DNA from: an uncultured candidatus Porisulfidus sp.
GTDB taxonomy: Bacteria; Pseudomonadota; Gammaproteobacteria; Poriferisulfidales; Oxydemutatoraceae
Assembly (NCBI GenBank): GCA_965215125.1
Contig: OZ244052.1
Span: 32,001 to 96,000, forward strand
Length of the DNA: 64,000 nucleotides
Direction of reading: 5' to 3'
Position numbers and translations under genes: made by a program. The notes under the pieces were generated by a model. That model worked only from the letters and a program-made list of their open reading frames with translations, ran no database searches and was not told where the DNA came from. This document shows, one piece after another, positions 49,032 to 59,076 of the stretch. Position 1 is the first letter of the stretch. Every line of letters begins with the position of its first letter.

Positions 49032-49997
49032 ATGGAACCCGCTCTTCGTATCTCAAATTTGGACAAAACCTATCCGAACGGACAAATAGCTCTACATAAA
49101 GTTGATCTGGTCGTAGAACACGGTGATTTTTTCGCCCTTCTAGGGCCTAACGGTGCAGGCAAATCTACAACCCTCGGCATCATCACTTCACTGATCAAAA
49201 AAACTGCAGGTGAAGTACATATATACGGACTCAACATAGATACACATTTCAATAAAGCCAAAAAGTACATCGGGCTGGTGCCACAAGAGTTCAGCTTTAA
49301 TCAATTCGAGCCGGTGATTGAAATTTTAGTTAACCAAGCGGGTTATTACGGCGTGCCACCTCGTAAAGCGCATAGCCGTGCAGGAGAGTACCTTAAAAAC
49401 CTAGGTTTATGGGAAAAGCGTTATCAGGAAGCACGCAATCTCTCGGGAGGGATGAAACGACGTTTGATGATTGCTCGCGCAATGCTACATCAGCCTCAAC
49501 TATTGATTTTGGACGAACCGACCGCCGGTGTCGATATAGAGATAAGACGGATGATATGGCACTTTCTGAGCGAACTCAACGAACAGGGTACGACGATCAT
49601 ACTCACCACGCATTACTTGGAGGAAGCCGAGAAATTATGCCGCAATATCGCCATCATAGATCAAGGAAAAATCATTGCAAACACAACGATGCGCAATTTA
49701 CTCAATAGCTCGGACTCCGAATCGTTCACCCTTTATCTAACCGAACCTATCACTGCAGATAATATGCCGACCATAGATTCGGTGACTTTAAAGCAGATTG
49801 ATGCGTATACCTTAGAGGTGATTACCGGCTCCAATACCGATTTGGCGCGAGTATTTACCGAGCTGTCGCGTCACAACATTCGCTTATTGAGTCTACGCAA
49901 CACCTCCAATCGCTTGGAAGAGTTATTCTTAAAATTAGTATCCGAGCACGATACTTTACCGTTGAACAACTCCGATATAGAAAGGCGCGTGCAATGA
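49032..49997 (+). CDS. yadG: ABC-2 type transporter ATP-binding protein (YadG-like)
   Basis: GPNGAGKST, IGLVPQEF, LSGGMKRR, LDEPTAGVDIEIRR, NRLEELF; start moved to ATG 49032 to avoid overlap with dusA. Confidence 0.85.
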   Translation: MEPALRISNLDKTYPNGQIALHKVDLVVEHGDFFALLGPNGAGKSTTLGIITSLIKKTAGEVHIYGLNIDTHFNKAKKYIGLVPQEFSFNQFEPVIEILVNQAGYYGVPPRKAHSRAGEYLKNLGLWEKRYQEARNLSGGMKRRLMIARAMLHQPQLLILDEPTAGVDIEIRRMIWHFLSELNEQGTTIILTTHYLEEAEKLCRNIAIIDQGKIIANTTMRNLLNSSDSESFTLYLTEPITADNMPTIDSVTLKQIDAYTLEVITGSNTDLARVFTELSRHNIRLLSLRNTSNRLEELFLKLVSEHDTLPLNNSDIERRVQ

Positions 49998-50785
49998 ACA
50001 AATCTAAATCTGAGTACCCGCAATATATAGCGATAGTGCTTTATACGCTATTGAGACGAGAGATATTACGTTTTATGCGTATTTGGATACAGACTTTGCT
50101 ACCGCCGGCGATAACGACGGTGCTGTATTGCGTTATCTTCGGCGAGCTGGTCGGTCGGCAGCTCTCCGGCATGGGAGGATACACCTATATGGAATACATT
50201 ATTCCGGGATTAATCCTGATGGCGGTAATCACCAATTCCTACAGCAATGTCGTCACCTCGTTCTACAGCACCCGCTTTCATAAAAACATAGAGGAAATGC
50301 TTATCTCACCGATGCCTGCATACATATTAATGATAGGCTTTATTGCCGGCGGCATGGCAAGAGGCTTAGTCGTAGGTCTGGTCGTCTGGATAGTCTCCTT
50401 AGTATTTGCAACGCTCCCCTTCCCCGATTTCGGTTTGACAATCGTCGTGTTGCTGTTGACTTCTGCGGTATTTTCCACTGCCGGCATGATCAACGGTATA
50501 TATGCCAGAAGTTTCGATGGGATTTCAATCATTCCCACTTTTATTTTGATGCCTTTGACCTATTTGGGCGGTGTCTTTTATTCGGTAGAAATACTACCCG
50601 AGGTATGGCGCAACATCACTTTATTCAATCCGATTTTTTATATGATAGATATATTCAGACACGCCAGCATGGGATTTAGTGATGTCAATGTTTCCAGATC
50701 TCTGATTATCCTGGCCGGCTGTTTAGTCGTTTTGGTAACTATTTGCCTACAGCTGCTGGTACGAGGTGTTCGCATACGCAACTGA
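49994..50785 (+). CDS. yadH: ABC-2 type transporter permease (YadH-like)
   Basis: RFMRIWIQTLLPPAIT, PGLILMAVITNSYSNV, PLTYLGGVFYS, NPIFYM. Confidence 0.85.
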   Translation: MNKSKSEYPQYIAIVLYTLLRREILRFMRIWIQTLLPPAITTVLYCVIFGELVGRQLSGMGGYTYMEYIIPGLILMAVITNSYSNVVTSFYSTRFHKNIEEMLISPMPAYILMIGFIAGGMARGLVVGLVVWIVSLVFATLPFPDFGLTIVVLLLTSAVFSTAGMINGIYARSFDGISIIPTFILMPLTYLGGVFYSVEILPEVWRNITLFNPIFYMIDIFRHASMGFSDVNVSRSLIILAGCLVVLVTICLQLLVRGVRIRN

Positions 50786-50792
50786 TCTACCG

Positions 50793-53438
50793 ATGATAGA
50801 CAGCGACCCGCAAGAAACCAGAGAATGGCTCGATGCACTGGACGATCTTAGCGAAACAGCCGGCAAACAGCGCGCCGTTTATTTATTAAAGCGTATAGAA
50901 GAATACGCACAAGCACAAGGCATTTCTACGCCGAGCACTATCGCAAACACCCCTTATATCAATACCATCCCGACTGACGAACAAGCGGCAAGCCCGGGTG
51001 ATAATGCGATAGAACACCGTATTCGCTCGTTGATACGATGGAATGCCGCAGTCATGGTGATTCGTGCCAATAAAAAGTACAACGGCATCGGCGGACATAT
51101 TGCAACCTTCGCTTCTGCAGCAACACTCTACGATGTGGGGTTCAACCATTTCTTTAAGGGACCCAATCATCCCGACGGTAGCGATTTATTATTTATCCAA
51201 GGACATAGCTCACCGGGTATTTATGCACGGGCATTCCTAGAGGGGCGTCTCTCCGAGAAACAGCTTAACGGATTTCGTTTTGAAATCGGCGAACAGGGCT
51301 TGTCGTCTTATCCACACCCTAAACTGATGCCCGATTTTTGGCAATTCCCCACTGTTTCTATGGGGCTTTCGTCGATTATGGGAATTTACCAAGCGCGCTT
51401 TATGCATTATTTGGAAAACCGCAAACTTGTAACATGCAAAGGGCGACGGGTTTGGGTGTTTCTAGGGGACGGCGAGATGGACGAACCCGAAGCACTGGGG
51501 GCTATTTCTCTTGCCGGTCGTGAAAAGCTGGATAACTTGACTTTCGTTATCAACTGCAATCTGCAACGATTGGACGGACCGGTGCGCGGAAACGGCAAAA
51601 TTATTCAAGAACTTGAGGCTATTTTCAGAGGATCGGGTTGGAATGTTATCAAAGTCATTTGGGGATCTTACTGGGATCCTTTATTGAAAAAAGATAAAGA
51701 AGGTCTGTTGGTGAAGAGAATGGGAGAAGTAATAGACGGTTATTATCAAAACTACAAAGCGAAGGAAGGTTCTTATATACGCAAACATTTCTTCGGCAAA
51801 TACCCGCAGTTGTTAGATATGGTTTCCGACTTATCCGATCTGGATTTATGGAAATTGAACAGAGGCGGGCACGACCCCAATAAAGTCTATGCGGCATATC
51901 ACGCAGCGGTCAATCACAAAGAACAACCTACCGTAATTTTAGCCAAAACAGTCAAAGGTTACGGCATGGGGGAGTCGGGCGAGGGGCAGAACCGCTCGCA
52001 TCAGCAAAAGAAGATGGATATAGAGTCGTTAAAGACGATGCGCGATCGCTTTAACTTACCGCTCACCGACAAGCAAGTAGAAAATCTGGAGTATATCGCC
52101 CTGTCCAAAGATAGCGACGAATATCATTACTTATACGAACATCGTACGAAGCTCGGCGGCTTTATGCCACAAAGAAGCCATCTGCGCAGAGCCGCTCCGC
52201 TACCCTACCCGAGTCTGGATAGCCTCTCCGCCTTACTCAAACCGACGGGCAAAGCCTTCTCTACGACGATGGCTTTCGTACGCATCCTAACTTTGCTATG
52301 CAGAGATCCACAATTCGGGCGTTATGTGGTACCGATCGTTCCCGACGAGGCACGCACTTTCGGTATGGAGGGAATGTTTCGTACTCTGGGCATTTATTCG
52401 TCGGTCGGACAACTCTACGAACCGCAAGACATAGACGAAATCATGTACTATAAAGAAGATAAATCGGGTCAGATACTGGAGGAATCTATCTGTGAGGCGG
52501 GTGCATTTTCATCGTGGATTGCGGCAGCAACTTCGTACAGCGAGCATAGTTTGAACATGGTGCCCTTTTATATATTCTATTCGATATTCGGTTTCCAGCG
52601 CATCGGCGACCTCGCCTGGGCGGCGGGTGATATGGAGTCGCGCGGTTTTTTAATCGGAGCAACATCGGGGCGTACCACGCTAGCCGGCGAAGGCTTGCAA
52701 CATCAGGATGGACAAAGTCATTTACAAGCTGCGGTGATACCTAACTGCATTAGTTATGATCCTTGTTTTGCTTACGAACTTGCGGTGATTATTCATCACG
52801 GATTGAAGCGTATGGTCGGCAAACAAGAGAATATCTTCTTTTATATCACCGTGATGAACGAAAGTTACGGACATCCCGAAATGCCCGGAGATATCGCCGC
52901 ACAGATTATTCGCGGTATCTATTGCCTGAAATCATCATCTCATCCTCAAGTTCGCCTATTGGGTAGTGGTGCAATTTTGCGAGAATGTATCGCCGCACAA
53001 AAACTATTGCAGGACGACTGGGATATAGAAGCCGAAGTCTATAGTGTGACTAGCTTCACCGAATTGTCTCGCGACGGACACGATACGCTGCGCTGGAATA
53101 GATTGCATCCTTTAGGCGATAAACGCACACCTTATGTCACCCGATGTTTGACTCAAGCGGATATTCCCGTCGTCGCCGCCAGCGACTATATGCACAGCTA
53201 TGCCGAACAAATACGCGCTTATATTCCCGCACCTTACTATACTCTGGGAACCGACGGCTACGGACGCTCGGATACTCGCAAGCAACTACGACGTTTTTTT
53301 GAAGTAGATAGATACCATATCGTATTAACCGCACTGCAAGCCCTGGCGAACAACAAAAAGCTACCGCCCGATATAGCGGCTTCGGCAATAGAAAAATACC
53401 GAATTGACTCCGATACCGAAAATCCGGCAAAGTGTTAG
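50793..53438 (+). CDS. aceE: Pyruvate dehydrogenase E1 component (homodimeric type)
   Basis: DSDPQETREWLDAL, QGHSSPGIYARAFLEGRL, QFPTVSMGL, GDGEMDE, NCNLQRLDGPVRGN; start assigned to ATG 50793. Confidence 0.96.
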   Translation: MIDSDPQETREWLDALDDLSETAGKQRAVYLLKRIEEYAQAQGISTPSTIANTPYINTIPTDEQAASPGDNAIEHRIRSLIRWNAAVMVIRANKKYNGIGGHIATFASAATLYDVGFNHFFKGPNHPDGSDLLFIQGHSSPGIYARAFLEGRLSEKQLNGFRFEIGEQGLSSYPHPKLMPDFWQFPTVSMGLSSIMGIYQARFMHYLENRKLVTCKGRRVWVFLGDGEMDEPEALGAISLAGREKLDNLTFVINCNLQRLDGPVRGNGKIIQELEAIFRGSGWNVIKVIWGSYWDPLLKKDKEGLLVKRMGEVIDGYYQNYKAKEGSYIRKHFFGKYPQLLDMVSDLSDLDLWKLNRGGHDPNKVYAAYHAAVNHKEQPTVILAKTVKGYGMGESGEGQNRSHQQKKMDIESLKTMRDRFNLPLTDKQVENLEYIALSKDSDEYHYLYEHRTKLGGFMPQRSHLRRAAPLPYPSLDSLSALLKPTGKAFSTTMAFVRILTLLCRDPQFGRYVVPIVPDEARTFGMEGMFRTLGIYSSVGQLYEPQDIDEIMYYKEDKSGQILEESICEAGAFSSWIAAATSYSEHSLNMVPFYIFYSIFGFQRIGDLAWAAGDMESRGFLIGATSGRTTLAGEGLQHQDGQSHLQAAVIPNCISYDPCFAYELAVIIHHGLKRMVGKQENIFFYITVMNESYGHPEMPGDIAAQIIRGIYCLKSSSHPQVRLLGSGAILRECIAAQKLLQDDWDIEAEVYSVTSFTELSRDGHDTLRWNRLHPLGDKRTPYVTRCLTQADIPVVAASDYMHSYAEQIRAYIPAPYYTLGTDGYGRSDTRKQLRRFFEVDRYHIVLTALQALANNKKLPPDIAASAIEKYRIDSDTENPAKC

Positions 53439-53526
53439 AGAGAAATGGCAAGCACAACCGAATTCTCCGGAATTAATAAATGCTTGCGTTATAATCGGTG
53501 ACAATCAAACGATAACCGATATTACT

Positions 53527-54810
53527 ATGGAATCTCAGATAACTGTACCGAATGTAGACGACTTTGATGTTGTTGAAATCAGCGAGATATTAGTCGCACT
53601 CGGTGATACCGTAAATGCCGACGACAGCGTCGTGACTTTGGAAAGTGAAAAAGCGGCGATGGAAATCCCATCTACCAAATCGGGAGTGATCAAGGATATA
53701 CATGTAAAAGTAGGCGATGCGGTTAAAACCGATACTTTGTTGGTTACTCTGGAAACAGAGTCGGATACAAATCAAGCCGAGACTGCAGAACCTGAATCTG
53801 TAACAACGAGCGAAGATACAACGGCAATCCAAACTGCAACACGACCTCAAGAGGCACTACAAACTCAAGCTATAGATAAAGAAGAGGTGGTTACACAACA
53901 ACAAACTCCTCATGCTATCGAATCAAAAGATACAACGGCATTGCGTGCAAGCCCTTCGGTGAGACGTTTTGCGCGTGAGCTCGGTGTTAAGCTCTCGGCG
54001 GTTGCCGGCACCGGTCCTAAAGGACGGATTACCAGAGCGGATGTTGCCCAATACTTTAGTACTGCGGTTACATCGGTAGCACAAAGTAAACCGGCAGCCA
54101 AACGAGTTGACTACAAACGCTTCGGCAATACCCGAACCGAAAGTATCGGCGGAGTACAACGGATAATTGCCGAACATCTGCAAAGCACATGGCAAACCAT
54201 CCCGCATGTATGGCAGCACGGTGAAGCCGATATAAGTGAATTGGAAAACTACCGCAAGCAACACTTTAACGGAGCTAAAAAATCAAGCAAGACCACATTA
54301 TTGCCTTTTCTAATAAAAGCATTGGCACACTCGTTAAGAGAATTCCCTCGCTTTAATGCCTCTTTAGAAAACTCTAAAACCCTGTTGCTCAGGGAGTATT
54401 ATCACATCGGCTTTGCGATTGATACCGAGCATGGCTTATTCGTGCCGGTGATACGAGATGTGGATCAAAAAGATATCAAAACTATAAACAGCGAACTCAA
54501 ACAGCTTGCACGACAAGCCAAAGCAGGCAAATTAAGTGCCGACGATATGTCCGGAGGTTGCATCACCATCAGCAATCTAGGCGGTCTTGATAGTGGTGCA
54601 TTTACACCGATAATCAACGCACCCGAAGCGGCAATTCTGGGTATTAGCCGTACCCGCATCACGCCGGTCTGGGATGGCGAACAATTCGTGCCCAGACCCA
54701 TGCTACCGTTGCATCTATGCTACGACCATCGCTTGAATAACGGTGTTGCCGCAGTTAATTTTCTTAATCATTACAAAGCGTTATTATCTAAACCCGATAT
54801 TTTCAATTAG
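53527..54810 (+). CDS. aceF: Pyruvate dehydrogenase E2 dihydrolipoamide acetyltransferase (single lipoyl domain)
   Basis: LESEKAAMEIPS lipoyl motif, ASPSVRRFARELGV...GTGPKGRI, FTPIINAPE, YDHRLNNG; start assigned to ATG 53527. Confidence 0.93.
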   Translation: MESQITVPNVDDFDVVEISEILVALGDTVNADDSVVTLESEKAAMEIPSTKSGVIKDIHVKVGDAVKTDTLLVTLETESDTNQAETAEPESVTTSEDTTAIQTATRPQEALQTQAIDKEEVVTQQQTPHAIESKDTTALRASPSVRRFARELGVKLSAVAGTGPKGRITRADVAQYFSTAVTSVAQSKPAAKRVDYKRFGNTRTESIGGVQRIIAEHLQSTWQTIPHVWQHGEADISELENYRKQHFNGAKKSSKTTLLPFLIKALAHSLREFPRFNASLENSKTLLLREYYHIGFAIDTEHGLFVPVIRDVDQKDIKTINSELKQLARQAKAGKLSADDMSGGCITISNLGGLDSGAFTPIINAPEAAILGISRTRITPVWDGEQFVPRPMLPLHLCYDHRLNNGVAAVNFLNHYKALLSKPDIFN

Positions 54811-54816
54811 GAGATA

Positions 54817-56247
54817 ATGGCTGCAACTTCTACTAAACAACAGGGCAGTGAACGTCTAGTCGTCATCGGTGGCGGACCTGGCGGCTACAGTGCTGCGTTC
54901 AGAGCTGCCGACTTGGGCTTTGAGGTTACGCTCGTCGAACGTTATTCGGTATTGGGTGGCGTGTGCTTGAATGTCGGTTGTATTCCGTCTAAAACATTGC
55001 TCCATACGAGTGCCGTCATTAGAGCTGCACAAGGATTGAAAGAACAGGGCATTGTCTTCGGTTCTCCGGAAATCAAACCAAAAGAATTGATGCAATTCAA
55101 AGACTCGGTCATCGCACGCTTGAACAAAGGGCTTGCCAAACTTGCCGAACAACGACGCATTCGAGTGATACACGATACTGCTTGCTTCCATTCCGAAGAC
55201 AAATTAAAACTGACCGAATCATCAAAAACCATAGACTTTGATAAAGCAATTATTGCAACCGGCTCTCGCAATCGTCGTATAGAAAGTGCAATAGACCCTA
55301 CACAACTTATGTATTCGGGCGATGCCCTAAACATAAAGCATGTTCCTAGTCGGTTGTTGATTATCGGCGGCGGTATCATCGGCATAGAAAACGCTTTTAT
55401 CTATCAAGGCCTCGGGTCGGCGGTTGAAATTGTCGAACTTCAACCGCAATTACTCGAGATGTGCGATACCGATATCGGCAAACCGTTGCTAGACCGCTTG
55501 ACCGACATTTGTGATGCAATCTACACGCAAGCCCGAATTAGCAAAATTGAAAACGATAAAGACGGATTGCTTGCGGAAATTAAAACATCAAATACTACTA
55601 TCACGCGCCGCTTCGATGCCGTTTTAATCGGCACCGGGCGATTACCGAATAGCGATATGCTAGGACTCGATACTATAAGTTTGCTGACCGACGATAACGG
55701 TTATATCGTAGTTGACGAATGTATGCGTACTAACGTGGCCAATGTTTATGCAGTCGGTGATGTAGTCGGCAATCCGATGCTCGCCCATAAAGCGTCGCAT
55801 CAAGGTAAAATTGCAGCCGAACACGCCGCCGGGATGCGGGTTTCCTTCACCGACAAAGCTATTCCTTGGGTCATCTACAGCGATCCCGAATTGGCATGGG
55901 TCGGCATGACCGAAAAAACGGCGCGCAAAGCGGGAATAGATTATCAAAGTGCGATATTCCCGTGGCAGGCGAGTGGACGCGCACTCGGCACGAAACGAGG
56001 CGACGGTCTGAGTAAGCTAATCTATCATAGCGGAAGCAAGAGATTATTGGGCGGTGCCGTTTGCGGCGCAGGTGCCGACGAACTGATTGCAGAAATAACC
56101 TTGGCACTCGAGATGGATAGCGATCTCTACGATATCTCGTTGAGCGTACACCCCCACCCTACTTATGCGGAAACAATATCACAAACTGCAGAACTTGCAC
56201 TCGGCACGGTCACCGAACTTTATACCGGCAAACCGCGTAAACGATAA
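54817..56247 (+). CDS. lpdA: Dihydrolipoamide dehydrogenase
   Basis: GGGPGGYSAAFRAADLG, GGVCLNVGCIPSK, MLAHKA, HPHPT. Confidence 0.96.
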   Translation: MAATSTKQQGSERLVVIGGGPGGYSAAFRAADLGFEVTLVERYSVLGGVCLNVGCIPSKTLLHTSAVIRAAQGLKEQGIVFGSPEIKPKELMQFKDSVIARLNKGLAKLAEQRRIRVIHDTACFHSEDKLKLTESSKTIDFDKAIIATGSRNRRIESAIDPTQLMYSGDALNIKHVPSRLLIIGGGIIGIENAFIYQGLGSAVEIVELQPQLLEMCDTDIGKPLLDRLTDICDAIYTQARISKIENDKDGLLAEIKTSNTTITRRFDAVLIGTGRLPNSDMLGLDTISLLTDDNGYIVVDECMRTNVANVYAVGDVVGNPMLAHKASHQGKIAAEHAAGMRVSFTDKAIPWVIYSDPELAWVGMTEKTARKAGIDYQSAIFPWQASGRALGTKRGDGLSKLIYHSGSKRLLGGAVCGAGADELIAEITLALEMDSDLYDISLSVHPHPTYAETISQTAELALGTVTELYTGKPRKR

Positions 56248-56263
56248 TTGGCGTCCTCATAAT

Positions 56264-56340
56264 TGGCGTCCCCAAGGGGATTCGAACCCCTGTTACCGCC
56301 GTGAAAGGGCGATGTCCTAGGCCGACTAGACGATGGGGAC
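56264..56340 (-). tRNA. tRNA-Glu (TTC)
   Basis: GTCCCCATCGTCTAG...CCCTTTCACGG...GGTTCGAATCCCCTTGGGGACGCCA; cloverleaf with encoded CCA. Confidence 0.96.
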
Positions 56341-56389
56341 GCAGTGAAAGTGTAAATTGTGACGATAAGCCGCCTTTATGTCAAGTAAA

Positions 56390-56875
56390 TTATGAATCGT
56401 GCAGTGCTTTAGAGCTGACGACGACACCGTCGCTGTCTGCATAAAGCCAATCACCGGGTTTGCAACTCACACCACCTAAGTTCACCTTTACATTGCAAGT
56501 ACCCCTATCTTTCTTTTCACTTTTACACGGATGGGTAGCGAGTGCTTTCACGCCTATCTTTAAGGTTGCAATGATATCGCTGTCTCTGATACAGCCGTTG
56601 ATTACAACACCACACCAGCGATTGTCTATTGCCAGTTGTGCTAATAAATCACCCAACAACGCACAACGCTTCGAACCACCGCCGTCTACGAGTAATACCC
56701 TATTGCGCCCTGCCTCTTGCAGTGTTTTTTTGACGAATGAATTGTCTTCAAAACATTGCACGGTTGCAATCTCGCCGCAGAAAGCCGGCACACCGCCGTA
56801 ATCCTTCAGCGGCAAAGCCATATATTGTAGTTCTTGTAAATGTGCATCGCACAAATCTGCTGTTTTGATAATCAT
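56390..56875 (-). CDS. rraA: RraA/MenG family protein (RNase E regulator / HMG aldolase-like)
   Basis: TADLCD, CFEDNSFV, VLLVDGGGSKRCALLGD, GCIRD, PGDWLYADSDGV. Confidence 0.92.
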   Translation of the reverse strand: MIIKTADLCDAHLQELQYMALPLKDYGGVPAFCGEIATVQCFEDNSFVKKTLQEAGRNRVLLVDGGGSKRCALLGDLLAQLAIDNRWCGVVINGCIRDSDIIATLKIGVKALATHPCKSEKKDRGTCNVKVNLGGVSCKPGDWLYADSDGVVVSSKALHDS

Positions 56876-56910
56876 CTTTTATTCCTGATTGTTGGTGAAT
56901 GCTTTAATAA

Positions 56911-57360
56911 TTAGTTGAGTTTATATTTTACCGTAAATTGCTGTTTACGATAACCCTCGATAACCGCCGCTTCAATTAGCGGAGATTTTATCAATATATC
57001 GCGTAGCTGTTCGTTTTGCTTCTGATCTTGATAACTTGTTCTGAATTTTAATTCTATACCGTCGTTTTTATAGACGGCTGCAGTGCGCAACGAGCCCTGC
57101 AAATGCGGCCAGTCTGCCATCTCGTTTTGAAGTCGTGTGACTCTGTTCCGCCACGCCGTATGGTCGCCTCTCAAATAATAAACCTTTAGCTGTTCCGGTA
57201 TATAGTTCATAAGTGCTTGCTTTAAGACAACCGTCTCCGCTTCCGATATTTTATCTCCGCTATTAATGTTATATATCGCAACGCTCGCCAGTACCGCTAA
57301 AATCGTAACTGCGACTAATATCTCTATTAATGTGAAACCGTAATCGCTCTTTGTATTCAT
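56911..57360 (-). CDS. Prepilin-type N-terminal cleavage/methylation domain protein
   Basis: G|FTLIEILVAVTILAVLASVA class III signal; start set at ATG 57360 behind a GGAGAG RBS. Confidence 0.85.
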   Translation of the reverse strand: MNTKSDYGFTLIEILVAVTILAVLASVAIYNINSGDKISEAETVVLKQALMNYIPEQLKVYYLRGDHTAWRNRVTRLQNEMADWPHLQGSLRTAAVYKNDGIELKFRTSYQDQKQNEQLRDILIKSPLIEAAVIEGYRKQQFTVKYKLN

Positions 57361-57455
57361 AAACAACTCTCCTATTTGTTTGCATCCACCGTGCCGATAA
57401 GCACACTGCAAATAGATTGGAAAATTAAAACCGGTGTCGTTTTAATTTAAGTCTT

Positions 57456-57830
57456 TTAGCCGGGTAAGAGTAGATGTAATATCAGACTCATAATGGAAAC
57501 ATTCAGAAGTATCGTTGTAATAGCCATTCCGAACATTTTTCGGACTAACCGTGTTTCCATCTGCGACATCTTAAGTTCTATTTCTTTGATATCGGTCTTA
57601 GTTGCCATATCTTTGATGTCGGCTTTGGTTGCCATTCTCAATTCTACATCTCTGATGTCGGCTTTGGTTGCCATATCTTTGATATCGGCTCTGGTTGCCG
57701 TATCTTTGACGGCATCCTTAACTATGGTATCGATAATGTAGACAAGATTCTCTATTGCTAAACCAATCTCTTCCTCGGTTGTGCCGGGAATCTTCGCCAG
57801 TGTTTTATGAAAAAGTGAGTTGTATACCAT
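57456..57830 (-). CDS. Coiled-coil protein with ATKADI repeats and C-terminal TM helix (DUF1640/CCDC90-like)
   Basis: ATRADIKD/MATKADIRD/MATKADIKD/MATKTDIKE repeats, ETRL, hydrophobic C-terminus; AGGAG RBS. Confidence 0.7.
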   Translation of the reverse strand: MVYNSLFHKTLAKIPGTTEEEIGLAIENLVYIIDTIVKDAVKDTATRADIKDMATKADIRDVELRMATKADIKDMATKTDIKEIELKMSQMETRLVRKMFGMAITTILLNVSIMSLILHLLLPG

Positions 57831-57972
57831 AATATATCTCCTATTCGGTTAACGATTATAAATAAATACTTGCTTTACGGCAAGGACGAATTTGCAATAT
57901 TAACCTGCAGATACAGCTTGTAAACCGATATAAAATGAACGGTAGCAAATATCCGACGAACGGCGGATAAAA

Positions 57973-58932
57973 CTAAATTTCGGGAAATAATTTACTGATA
58001 GACTGCTCTTGGTGGATGCTTAGAATCGCTTCCGCCAGCATTGTCGATACACTAATTTGTCTAATCGTGCCACATTGCTCGGCAGCCTCGGAAAGTGGAA
58101 TTGTGTCCGTGACTACAACTTCGTCTATCACCGATTGCGCAATGCGTTCAATCGCCGGCCCCGACAATACCGGATGGGTTGCATAAGCACTCACTTTGAG
58201 GGCACCGTTCTCTTTTAGGGCTTTTGCTGCTTTGCATAGAGTTCCTGCAGTATCGACGATATCGTCGATGATAATACAGGATTTATCTTGCACGGTACCG
58301 ATTACGTTCATCACTTGGTTTTCGTTGGGTCGGGGACGTCGCTTATCTATAATCGCAAGATCCGAATCACCCAATCGTTTAGCCAAAGCACGCGCCCGCA
58401 CGACACCTCCTACGTCCGGGGATACGATCATTTTATCACCTTGATAATGTCGATTAATATCATCCAATAACACCGGCGATGCGTAGACATTATCAATCGG
58501 GAAACTGAAAAAACCTTGTATTTGATCGGCGTGTAAATCCACAATCAGTGCGCGATCCGCTTGTACACCGCTAATCATATCGGCAACGACTTTAGCCGAG
58601 ATCGGAACTCTGGCATAGCGCACGCGACGATCTTGTCGGCAATAGCCGAAATAAGGAATGACTGCGGTAATCCGTCCCGCAGAGGCGCGATGCAACGCAT
58701 CGGTCATAATCAATAATTCCATCAGATATTCGGCAGGTGCAAAAATAGGTTGCATAATAAAAATATCCTTACCTCTAACATTCTCAAGAATTTCTATATG
58801 CACTTCGCCGTCGCTGAAACGGTCGACTAAGGCCTTGCCTAGATCGACTTGCAAATGTCCGGCTACTTTTTTTGCCAGTCCGGGGTTCGCCGTGCCGCTG
58901 AATAATGCAATTTTTTTTCTGTTATTTTCCAT
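57973..58932 (-). CDS. prs: Ribose-phosphate pyrophosphokinase
   Basis: [55 protein letters not shown]. Confidence 0.97.
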   Translation of the reverse strand: MENNRKKIALFSGTANPGLAKKVAGHLQVDLGKALVDRFSDGEVHIEILENVRGKDIFIMQPIFAPAEYLMELLIMTDALHRASAGRITAVIPYFGYCRQDRRVRYARVPISAKVVADMISGVQADRALIVDLHADQIQGFFSFPIDNVYASPVLLDDINRHYQGDKMIVSPDVGGVVRARALAKRLGDSDLAIIDKRRPRPNENQVMNVIGTVQDKSCIIIDDIVDTAGTLCKAAKALKENGALKVSAYATHPVLSGPAIERIAQSVIDEVVVTDTIPLSEAAEQCGTIRQISVSTMLAEAILSIHQEQSISKLFPEI

Positions 58933-58950
58933 GTTAGTAATAACCGGTAG

Positions 58951-59025
58951 TGGCTGGGCCGGCAGGATTCGAACCTGCGAATGCCGGGATCAAAACCCGG
59001 TGCCTTACCACTTGGCGACGGCCCA
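58951..59025 (-). tRNA. tRNA-Gln (TTG)
   Basis: TGGGCCGTCGCCAAGTGGTAAGGCACCGGGTTTTGATCCCGG...GGTTCGAATCCTGCCGGCCCAGCCA; usual ispE-tRNA-Gln-prs position. Confidence 0.96.
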
Positions 59026-59076
59026 AAAGTATATCGACATCAAATGAGATACGCATATTAACATAAATTACCGATT

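Noticed and set aside
48924-53526. Long N-terminal extensions or overlaps of yadG, aceE and aceF given by the ORF track
   Set aside because: Family homology begins at downstream ATGs (49032, 50793, 53527); the extensions are artefacts of choosing the longest ORF.
54700-54760. AceF catalytic motif DHRLNNG instead of DHRxxDG as a sign of inactivation
   Set aside because: Asn at this position occurs in functional E2 enzymes of the Azotobacter/Pseudomonas type; the His is intact.
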